DNA of 61,145 bases. It comes from an uncultured Gammaproteobacteria bacterium (GTDB lineage Bacteria > Pseudomonadota > Gammaproteobacteria > SZUA-229). The stretch is taken from the NCBI GenBank assembly GCA_963847575.1, contig CAWKAL010000027.1, positions 1 to 61,145 on the forward strand, written 5' to 3'. Below are positions 17,751 through 26,160 of the stretch, one piece after another. The position numbers and the translations under genes were made by a program. The notes under the pieces are model-generated. The model saw only the letters and a program-made list of their open reading frames with translations, did not search any database and was not told where the DNA came from. How positions within the stretch are numbered: the first letter of the stretch is position 1; each line of letters opens with the position of its first letter.

Positions 17751-20063
17751 GTGCCGGAGATCATGCGCAGCACACCGCGTTGGTGCGTATGGCGATACAT
17801 ACAGAAGAAAGGCAAGTTGAAGCCCGACAAAGTCCCGTGTGATGCCAGCGGCAAGCTCGTGGGGTATGGCGAGGCCGGGACAATGGCCTTCGACGACGCA
17901 GTTGCCCGCTTCAAATCGGACCCGAACATGTTCGCTGGCATCGGCCTCGCCCTGTCACCAGACGACGACATTCAGTGCATCGACCTGGACCGCGTTATCC
18001 AGCGCGCCGAAGGCAAGGCAAGCATCGCGGACGCAGATGCCGAACGTATCGTCAAGCAGGCGAGGGCAGAGGGCGCCTGGACCGAAATCAGCCCCTCGGG
18101 TATTGGCCTCCACATCTGGGTTCGTGGGCAGTTGTCCGGCAGCCCTTCGTCAAAACAGACGGGGCATAATGGCGCAGTCCTCGAGGCGTTCAGCTCGGGC
18201 CGATTCATCGCAGTGACGGGCAAGCAGTTGGGCGCCACTGGTGGTGTAGTTTACTCACAAGGCCTCATCGACACGACGCTCGACGCGATCAAGCGGCGTG
18301 GTGGCAACGTCACATCAGCACCACCGGCTACTGATGATGACTTTTTCGAAGAGGCCTCGGTTGACGGGCCATCAGCCAAAGTTACTCAGCGCCGGATGTT
18401 TTCAAAGACACCAACAACCTGAGCGCGGGGATTGAAGCGTCCCGGTGGGACTCCCTGCCTGGTGAGGACAAGGACAAACTGCTCGCCATCATCCTCGCAG
18501 CTGCTCCAAAAAAGGCGTGGTTCAACAAGCCTAATGGCGGCGGCATCGACCCTTGGCTGACGTTGCTTTCAGGCCGCAGCGCGCTCGGGGGCTCCTCGTG
18601 CCTACGAGATATTCCGTGCCTTCTCATATAAAGACGGCGACCCGCGCACTGGCTTTAACGAGAGGGAGATACGAAGCCGCTGGCAGAACGCCCTCAAGAC
18701 AGCGGATGACCCCAAGGCAGTCACCATTGGCAGCCTTATTCGCTATGCCAGGGAGTGGATACCCGAGTGGTCCTGGGATTCCTGGGGCCAGTCCAAGCCA
18801 GCTTTGGTACAGAAGTCCACAGGGGGCGGCACAGACCTTTTCAACGAGCCGGCCATAGGAGAGACCCGTACGCCCGAAGAAAGGCACACGAGCCTCTTCG
18901 ACACAGCGAAGCCCCTATCGGTTCGTGACGCCATGGCCCCGCCGCCCCGTGACTGGGTGGTCGATGACCACTTTGCAGCGGGCACGCTGGCCGTCCTGGG
19001 CGGCTTCGGCGGCACCAGTAAGACCATGCTGGCACTGCAACTCGGCGTCGGCCTTGCCATCGCCCACAAGCCGCACAAGCCCTACCACACCGCCCCAGCC
19101 GTGGCCGCAGGGATGGACATCCCCAAAGCTGGCAACTCACTCATCATTCTGGGGGAGGAAGACGCTGGGGAGCGTGACCGCCGTGTGGGGGCTATCCACC
19201 AACACATCACCGAGGGCTATCCGAACTTCGTCAAACGCCGCTACCTGAACCTTATTAAGAAGCACTGCGAGACCATCCCCGCTGCCGGTAGGCGGATTTC
19301 TCTGACTAAGCTGGCGAACGGCAACCTGACCTGGACCCCTCTGGTTCAGGACACTATCGACCGTGCAAAATCCCTCGCGGCCAAAACCGGCAGCCCAACC
19401 CGCCTGATTGTTTTCGACCACGCACGTCTGATCGCCGGTGGGGGCGAACTGAACAGCGCCGAAGACGCCACGGTATTGACAACGGCCCTGACCCACATCG
19501 CCCAGGAGACCGGCGCTTGTGTCCTGCTACTGGCGCACAGCCCCAAGTCCAGCATGGGCGACGCTGGGAAGAACGCCGACCACGGCTCAATCGCACACTC
19601 CACGGCGTTCGTGGACAACGCTCGTGCTGCCTTCGTCCTACGGACGATGGACGAGAAAACCGCCGCCAAACTCGACCTCGGCAGCAAGGACCGACACTCT
19701 TTCGTGCAGTTGATGACGGTGAAGAACAACTACGCCGGATACCAAGAGCACTGGCTCGAGCGAGTCAGCATCTCCAGCCACCACGTCAGCCTGCTGGATA
19801 GCTGGGATGCCCCGATGAAGCAGAAAGACACTGGTCCGTCGCAGCAGGATGTGGCGGACGACGCCATGGCCCGACAAATAGCCAGAGATTTGGTGGCCAA
19901 GTCACCCGGCCGCTGGACGGCCACGAAGCTAAAGGAAGAGGTGAAGGCGCAGGCCAAACTGCCACAGCGCGATGCTAACCGAGTGGTTGATGACATGCTC
20001 GATGGGGGAGAGCTGGCGTCACGGACGATCACTCAGGAGGATCGCAAAGCATACCGTCGTTAG
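17751..20063 (+). pseudogene. fused primase-polymerase (prim-pol) / primase C-terminal region / AAA_25 RepA-DnaB-like helicase, with two compensating frameshifts
   Basis: Prim-pol: RWCVWRY..KPDKVP..GIGLAL..IQCIDLDRV..WTEISPSGIGLHIWVRG..GRFIAVTG. Linker, read in another frame between about 18365-18420 and the G5 run at 18587-18591. Helicase: WVVDDHFAAGTLAVLGGFGGTSKTMLALQLG (Walker A), LIVFDHARL (Walker B), CVLLLAHSPKS. Confidence 0.75.
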
Positions 20064-20208
20064 CCACGACCAAGAAAGGGCGGGTGCTGGAGTTGCCCAG
20101 TATTGGACCGGGAGTGGCCCCGGTGGCCGAGGGAGATGAGGGCGACCTAAATGACCTCGAACTGGAATGAGCTGCCCCCCATCCGGGGGTATTAAATAAG
20201 GACCAGAC

Positions 20209-20240
20209 GGCCGAGGACACCCCTCGGCCTGTTTGTTTTT
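20209..20240 (+). terminator. rho-independent terminator after the primase-helicase gene
   Basis: GGCCGAGG-ACACC-CCTCGGCC followed by TGTTTGTTTTT. Confidence 0.55.
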
Positions 20241-20736
20241 GGCCGTAGAGTGCTAGTAGTTAAGGCGAGAATTCAGCCGTGGTGTGAGTAACTTATGAGT
20301 ATTTTTTGGCCCAAAAAAGGCCAAAATGCTGCCTTTTGCGCCAACGGTAGAATGCGGGCTCAGAAGCATCACGATTTTTGAATTTTTAAAGTTGATTTTT
20401 TAATCTGATGTTTTTGAGGCCTTGCGACGTGAGGAGCTAGAAGTTCTAGTTTATTGTACTTTGAAGTTACTATTTGAGTGTTTATGTTTCTTTTGAACCT
20501 TGAGGCATAAGGGCTCTGAAAAACACGATTAAGCATCACTGAAATTACCTCCCTCTGATGCTTCTAGGCTTTGAGGCATAAGAGTTAAAAAAGAACATCA
20601 AACGAATCGACGTCCCCTTCAGGACGATTCGCGCATGGAGCGCGAAGACATGGCCGCCCGCTGTTGGCGAGGGGACTTGGCGACAGTTCGTTGCTAGTAG
20701 TGAGAAAAAATATTGTATGTATGAATGAGTAAAATG

Positions 20737-20880
20737 TGTTTGGGTGACGTCGTGACAGGGAGGTGGTGCGACGTTATGACAAAGAAGCTGGGTGACAGTG
20801 TGGCGTCATAGCTTGGTGACAGGAAGGTAGAGGGGCAGGGTGACGCCATGGCTTGGTGGCGGTGTGACCCGGTGTTAACA
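20737..20880 (+). repeat. six iterons with (T/G)GGTGAC core at exact 24-bp spacing
   Basis: TGAC/CGAC cores begin at 20745, 20769, 20793, 20817, 20841 and 20865. Four units carry perfect GGTGAC, and two carry GGTGCGAC / GGTGTGAC. The array ends at the ATG of the next gene. Confidence 0.6.
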
Positions 20881-22560
20881 ATGACCCGGTGTATTGGCTC
20901 CGATCCATCGATTCGATTGATGGTGCGCCATGTTCTTGAGTCGGAAGATTTTGATATCATCGAAGCTGCAGATGGCCTGGAAGCCATCAAGGCTGTCGAA
21001 AAACATAACCCGGCATTGATCCTGCTTGATGCCGTCATGCCCGGCCTGGATGGATTTACCACCTGCCAGCAAATCAAGGACAAAGGTTTCAAGGACATTC
21101 CGGTGATCATGATTACCGGCCTGGATGATGATGCCTCTGTCGAACGTGCCTACGAAGTCGGTGCAATCGACTTTATAACCAAACCTATCAAATGGGCCGT
21201 GCTCAAACACCGGGTACGTTCAGTCGTTGCCAAGGTGGTCGCCGAGCGCAAGGTCAAACTGCTTGCCTATCGTGACACGCTCACCCAGTTACCCAATCGC
21301 CTGTTGTTTGCTGATCGCCTTGAACAGGCCGTGATACGCGCCGAACGAAATCGCGAAGCGATGGCATTAATGCTGATTGATCTGGATGATTTTAAACTGG
21401 TGAACGATTCATTCGGCCACGAAGCCGGTGACAAATTGATCAAGGCAATTGGGCAGTTGCTGTCCAGCTCACTACGTCGTGCCGATACTGTCGCGCGACT
21501 GGGTGGGGATGAATTCGCTGTTATTGTAGAGAGTATCGATGATGCCGACGACGCAATTTCGATCGCGGATAATCTCACTACAATTCTCGAACATAATGTC
21601 AAACTCGATGATCAGGAAACCTTTACCAGTGCCAGCGTGGGAATCGCGGTGTATCCCTATGACGGTAAAGATGCACGTACACTTTTGAAAAACGCTGACA
21701 CCGCGATGTTCCGTGCCAAGGAAAAAGGCCGCCACTGTTTCCAGTTTTATAAACCGGAAATGAGTGTGACTGCAATGGAGCGGCTTGATCTTGAAAACAG
21801 CATGCGCCGGGCGCTGCAGAATGATGAGTTCGTGGTGCATTACCAGCCGGTGGTCGATTTACACCGAAATGAAGTCGCTGGTGTGGAAGCACTGATACGC
21901 TGGCAGCATCCCGATAAAGGCATCATTATTCCCAATGACTTTATCCCACTGGCGGAAGACTGCGGTTTAATTATTCCAATCGGTGAGTGGCTGATCAGCA
22001 CGGTGTGTCGCCAGCTTAAACAATGGCATGAAGCCGGTCTGGAACAACATAATGTATCGATCAATATCGGTGCGCGTCAATTCCGCGATCAGGATCTTGT
22101 TGGCCTGTTTAAACGTGAACTGGCGGATAACAATATCGATGCAGCCAATATCACCATCGAAGTGACTGAAAGTACCTTGATCGAAAACGTGGGTGAAGTT
22201 GAAAAAGTGCTGATTAAGCTTCACGAGATGGGTATGACCATATCCCTCGATGATTTTGGAACCGGTTTTGCATCGCTGGCTTATCTAAAGGACTTTCCCG
22301 TAGAAATAGTCAAGATTGATCGCGAATTCATCGCCGGCATTCCTGACAGCGAAACCGACTCGGCGATTGTCTCGGCCATTGCCGGACTGACGCGCGGGCT
22401 GAAATTAAAGTTGCTGGCTGAAGGCGTTGAAAATGACCGTCAGCTGGAAATGCTCAAGGGGCTCGGTTGCCAGCTGGGACAGGGTTTTTACTGGAGCAAG
22501 GCACTGCCGCCCGATCAGTATGAGCAATTTTATCTCAACCGCTTTTATAATCTCGGATAA
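20881..22560 (+). CDS. response-regulator receiver + GGDEF + EAL protein
   Basis: LILLDAVMPGLDG (phospho-acceptor Asp), RLGGDEFAV, EALIRWQHP, DDFGTG. Start taken at MTRCIGSDPSIRLM (ATG at 20881). Confidence 0.85.
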   Translation: MTRCIGSDPSIRLMVRHVLESEDFDIIEAADGLEAIKAVEKHNPALILLDAVMPGLDGFTTCQQIKDKGFKDIPVIMITGLDDDASVERAYEVGAIDFITKPIKWAVLKHRVRSVVAKVVAERKVKLLAYRDTLTQLPNRLLFADRLEQAVIRAERNREAMALMLIDLDDFKLVNDSFGHEAGDKLIKAIGQLLSSSLRRADTVARLGGDEFAVIVESIDDADDAISIADNLTTILEHNVKLDDQETFTSASVGIAVYPYDGKDARTLLKNADTAMFRAKEKGRHCFQFYKPEMSVTAMERLDLENSMRRALQNDEFVVHYQPVVDLHRNEVAGVEALIRWQHPDKGIIIPNDFIPLAEDCGLIIPIGEWLISTVCRQLKQWHEAGLEQHNVSINIGARQFRDQDLVGLFKRELADNNIDAANITIEVTESTLIENVGEVEKVLIKLHEMGMTISLDDFGTGFASLAYLKDFPVEIVKIDREFIAGIPDSETDSAIVSAIAGLTRGLKLKLLAEGVENDRQLEMLKGLGCQLGQGFYWSKALPPDQYEQFYLNRFYNLG

Positions 22561-22595
22561 GTGCTCGAATAAACAGCCGTGTGCTACCAGGCATA

Positions 22596-23633
22596 TTAAT
22601 CTGCATCGCTCGATAATGGCCGTATCGGGCGGTGCATTTTCATAGCTTTAAACTGATTTTTCTTCATTGATCGCAGTTGCCGATCAATTGCTTCCTTCCA
22701 GTGAATTTCGGCTGAATAGCCAATCAGCGCATGTGCCTGCGCGTTATTCGCATGGGTTTCTTCCAGCAGGTGAATAATACTGCGTGTGACCAGTGGTTCC
22801 CAGGGTACCAGCCGGTCGAGGGTTTCCATCAGCCAGGCAAAGCTGTACGCGAGCGGGAAGGGCACACTGAATAACGGTTTGGGGTACTGGTAATTGTCGC
22901 AAATATAGTTAACCACTTCGCGCGCTGTGGGGACTTCCGGGCCGACAATATTGACTGCGGTGTATGCCATTTCCAGTGGCGCAAGGGCTGCGCGCACCAC
23001 GGCCTGGCCGATATCCCTGCCATCAATCATGGGCAATCCAGTGTTGCCTGCTTTTACCCAGGGTACCAGCCGGGTTTTCAAACGCGGCAATAAAATCGGT
23101 AATAGTCCAAGCGCATATCGCTCGCCGGCGAATAATCCACAACGCAGGTTCACCATGGCCATTCCACGATGGGCATTTTCCCGCATCGCGTTTTCAATCT
23201 TGATGACATTATTAAGGTGTGGCCAATACCGCCGGGGAATGCCAGGGCTCAATGCTTCGTGAGAATGTTCGGGTGCGGCGGCGCTGGTTGTACTGATGAA
23301 AACAAAACGTTTAAGTTTCCATTCCAGTGCTGTCTGGATCAGCTTAAGTGAGGGCTGCAGGAACAGCTCATCGGATTCTTTGCGCTTTCCCCAGAGAGAT
23401 GTCCATGCTGCACAGTGACACACTATATCGGCACCTGTGAGTACACGCGCGAGATAATCGGGATCACGTAAATCACCTTGGCGAATTTCACCGTCAAAAC
23501 CTGCAATCAGCTTTCGCCGATCGCGACAGGCTGCGATAATGCGCAGGTCGTGATGACCGATACGGTTGAGTTCTTCGAGTACGTGGCTGCCGACAAAACC
23601 GGTGGCGCCGGTGACCACAATCGTATGGGGCAT
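22596..23633 (-). CDS. NAD-dependent epimerase/dehydratase family protein
   Basis: IVVTGATGFVGSHVLEEL Rossmann motif. 345 aa. Confidence 0.8.
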   Translation of the reverse strand: MPHTIVVTGATGFVGSHVLEELNRIGHHDLRIIAACRDRRKLIAGFDGEIRQGDLRDPDYLARVLTGADIVCHCAAWTSLWGKRKESDELFLQPSLKLIQTALEWKLKRFVFISTTSAAAPEHSHEALSPGIPRRYWPHLNNVIKIENAMRENAHRGMAMVNLRCGLFAGERYALGLLPILLPRLKTRLVPWVKAGNTGLPMIDGRDIGQAVVRAALAPLEMAYTAVNIVGPEVPTAREVVNYICDNYQYPKPLFSVPFPLAYSFAWLMETLDRLVPWEPLVTRSIIHLLEETHANNAQAHALIGYSAEIHWKEAIDRQLRSMKKNQFKAMKMHRPIRPLSSDAD

Positions 23634-23722
23634 GAGACACTTCCATAATCAGACGATTGTATGACTATTGCATGTTTTGTCTGATCAGGCAAGCGCGGCA
23701 GTGCGTTAAACGGGGGCTAGCT

Positions 23723-24415
23723 ATGAATCTGTTAATTACCGGAACCAGTCGCGGCATTGGGCTTGAAATGGTGCGTGTCAGCGTGGAGCGGGGCTGGCGC
23801 GTGTTTGCCTGTTGTCGCCATCCACAACAGGCCGAGGCTTTGCTCGGACTGGCTACGCTCGCGCCTGGCAAGGTCAGCGTACACATTGCTGATATGCGTG
23901 AACTCGCCACCCTGCAGTCGCTGGCCTACGAACTTCGTAATGAGTCGATTGACATGTTGATCAATAATGCCGGTGTCTATGGCCCTGATCAGAATCAGTT
24001 TGGTGAAGTCGATGTCGCCGGCTGGCAGGATGCCTTCCTGGTGAACTGCATTGCGCCGTTGAAACTGGCCGAGCTTATGCTTGGCCAACTGCAGGGTGGT
24101 CGGCAAAAAATTATCGCCTGTCTCAGCAGCAAAATGGCCAGCATGGCGGATAACGGCTCGGGCGGAAGTTATATCTATCGATCAAGCAAGGCTGCTTTGA
24201 ATGCCGTGGTTAAAAGTATGTCGGTAGACCTGGCAGCCCGGGACATCAAGGCAGTTGCGCTTCATCCGGGCTGGGTGAAAACCGATATGGGCGGGCCGAA
24301 TGCTGAAATATCGGTGCGCGAAAGTGTTAATCGCTTATTTGAAATATTGCTGGCACTCGAGGCGAGTGACAGCGGACGTTTTATTGATATAGATGGTAAA
24401 GATATTCCCTGGTAA
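23723..24415 (+). CDS. short-chain dehydrogenase/reductase (SDR)
   Basis: Start at MNLLITGTSRGIGLEM. NNAGV. YRSSKAALN catalytic YxxxK. Confidence 0.8.
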   Translation: MNLLITGTSRGIGLEMVRVSVERGWRVFACCRHPQQAEALLGLATLAPGKVSVHIADMRELATLQSLAYELRNESIDMLINNAGVYGPDQNQFGEVDVAGWQDAFLVNCIAPLKLAELMLGQLQGGRQKIIACLSSKMASMADNGSGGSYIYRSSKAALNAVVKSMSVDLAARDIKAVALHPGWVKTDMGGPNAEISVRESVNRLFEILLALEASDSGRFIDIDGKDIPW

Positions 24416-24419
24416 ACAA

Positions 24420-25208
24420 ATGCATACAGACCTGGAAACACTCACTAAAATTGTCAGGCTGGCAGCGCAGGAAGAACTGCTGCCCGGGTTCGGTAATCAC
24501 GAATTCAGTTACAAGGAAGATGACAGCATTATCACTGCTGCTGACACAGCCATGCAACTGCGACTGCAAACAGAAATGGCAGATGTCTGGCCGGACATTC
24601 CCGTACTCGGAGAAGAAATGTCTGTTGATCAACAGCACGCGGTGATTGATCGAGGCAAAGAGTACTGGTGCATCGATCCGCTCGATGGCACTAACAATTA
24701 TGCTACTGGCATGCCGTGTTTTGCCGTCTCGGTAGCACTGGTCAGAAATGCCGAGACGGTGCTCGCACTGATTCATGATCCGATACGAGATGAAACATTT
24801 ACCGCGATAAAAGCTGAAGGCGCGCACCTCAATGGTGTACCACTGGAGAGGAAACCGGCCGCGGAAGAATTACATCGAGTCATCGCCGAGATAGATATGA
24901 AACGATTACCGCGTGATCTATGTCTGCGGCTGGTGACCGAAGCGCCTTATTCATCGCAGCGCAATATTGGGTCTTCAGCGCTTGACTGGTGCTGGCTCGC
25001 AGCAGGTCGTTATAATATTTATCTGCACGGCGGTCAGAAACTGTGGGATTATGCGGCCGGACACCTGGTTTTGCACGAGGCCGGTGGGGTTTCGATTTCG
25101 CTGGATAATCTGCCGGTATTTCGCAATCAGCTTGAAACACGCTCTGTGCTGGCGTCGCTCGACGCGGACCTGTTCCAGTACTGGAAAGAATGGATCGGGA
25201 TTGTGTAA
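24420..25208 (+). CDS. inositol monophosphatase family protein
   Basis: LGEEMS, WCIDPLDGTNNY, and a WDYAAG C-terminal motif. Confidence 0.8.
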   Translation: MHTDLETLTKIVRLAAQEELLPGFGNHEFSYKEDDSIITAADTAMQLRLQTEMADVWPDIPVLGEEMSVDQQHAVIDRGKEYWCIDPLDGTNNYATGMPCFAVSVALVRNAETVLALIHDPIRDETFTAIKAEGAHLNGVPLERKPAAEELHRVIAEIDMKRLPRDLCLRLVTEAPYSSQRNIGSSALDWCWLAAGRYNIYLHGGQKLWDYAAGHLVLHEAGGVSISLDNLPVFRNQLETRSVLASLDADLFQYWKEWIGIV

Positions 25209-25211
25209 TAC

Positions 25212-25247
25212 AAAAAAATAACGAGGCCAGGGCCTCGTTATTTTTTT
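25212..25247. terminator. bidirectional intrinsic terminator
   Basis: An A run, then AACGAGGCC/GGCCTCGTT hairpin, then a T7 run, lying between convergent genes. Confidence 0.6.
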
Positions 25248-25274
25248 AGTGATTAGAACAAGCAATTCACAGCA

Positions 25275-25781
25275 TTATTTTTTGGCCAGCATGCCTGTGC
25301 CGATCAGCTGCTTGATGTTTTTTTCAAGTTCGTCCTTGTCTTCGCTGTGAAAACCGACATGTCGGTAAACCAGTTCACCTCTCTTGTTAATCAAAAAAGA
25401 GCTTGGCATGGCTTTCAGCTTGTAAGCTTCGGCGGTGCGACCCAGTGGATCGTAAGCAATATCGAAGGATGCAGGGATTTTCTCCAGAAATGTTCTTGCT
25501 GCGTCACGTGATTCATCGAGGTTAATCGCAATGATACTGAATTTTTCTTCACCATACAGCGACTGCATTTTATTCATGAATGAAAATGAACGACGGCAGG
25601 GATCACACCAGGATGCCCAGAAGTCGACGTATACAACCCTGCCTTTGTAATTACTGAGCTGGATTTTCTTGTTATCGCCCTGCAGCACAAACTGGGGCGC
25701 TTTTTCAGCGCTGGCGTTTGACGGAGCGATAAAACCATAGATGGCGATAACAGGAATAAGAATGCGCAGAATTGATCTCAA
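25275..25781 (-). CDS. TlpA/ResA-family periplasmic thiol:disulfide oxidoreductase
   Basis: Signal peptide. VDFWASWCDPCRRSF (CxxC thioredoxin fold). Confidence 0.8.
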   Translation of the reverse strand: MRSILRILIPVIAIYGFIAPSNASAEKAPQFVLQGDNKKIQLSNYKGRVVYVDFWASWCDPCRRSFSFMNKMQSLYGEEKFSIIAINLDESRDAARTFLEKIPASFDIAYDPLGRTAEAYKLKAMPSSFLINKRGELVYRHVGFHSEDKDELEKNIKQLIGTGMLAKK

Positions 25782-26160
25782 AATAATACCCTCGTTTGTG
25801 AACCCAAATGATAAATGGCAGTCATAGCGAGTCTGCTATGGCACTGCGCGCTAGTAGGATTAATACGTCTGGTTTTTGATCAATTCAAGAATTTGTGACC
25901 GGGTTTCGAATATCCCTGCGACCACATGATGAAATATAGCAGAACTGTAAAAAATTCTTACAGATTTTCGATAAAACTCTCGTAGAAATCTGCGAAATAT
26001 TATGCGCTTTTTAAAAGAGTTCTGTAACTTCTTGTTAATTATGAATAATATATTTTTTATAAAAATCTACCGTTCGTCTATTTATGAATAATTTTTACTC
26101 ATCTTTCATCTACACTTTTCCAATGTACTGTTCTATGTCTTCAGCCAATGGAGTGAACCC

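Larger units (their letters stand above)
12222..20880. mobile_element. high-GC, integrase-less replicative island (satellite/PICI-like or plasmid-derived), decayed; boundaries approximate
   Basis: Hand-counted GC is 68-70% at 12361-12420 and 19001-19060, against 50% at 10381-10440 and 43% at 26401-26460. The gene set is that of a mobile replicon (RHH repressors, HTH, Toprim, prim-pol/helicase, iterons). No integrase, tRNA target or convincing att repeats were found. Confidence 0.6.

Noticed and set aside
20251-20701. Perfect 10-bp direct repeat TGCTAGTAGT at 20251 and 20692, considered as possible att sites
   Set aside because: By my estimate, tens of 10-mer pairs within 500 bp are expected by chance in 61 kb. 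Nothing else marks the enclosed 440 bp as an insertion.
20694-21110. 138-aa minus-strand ORF covering the iterons and the 5' end of the GGDEF-EAL gene
   Set aside because: It is antisense to a well-supported gene and to a non-coding repeat array.
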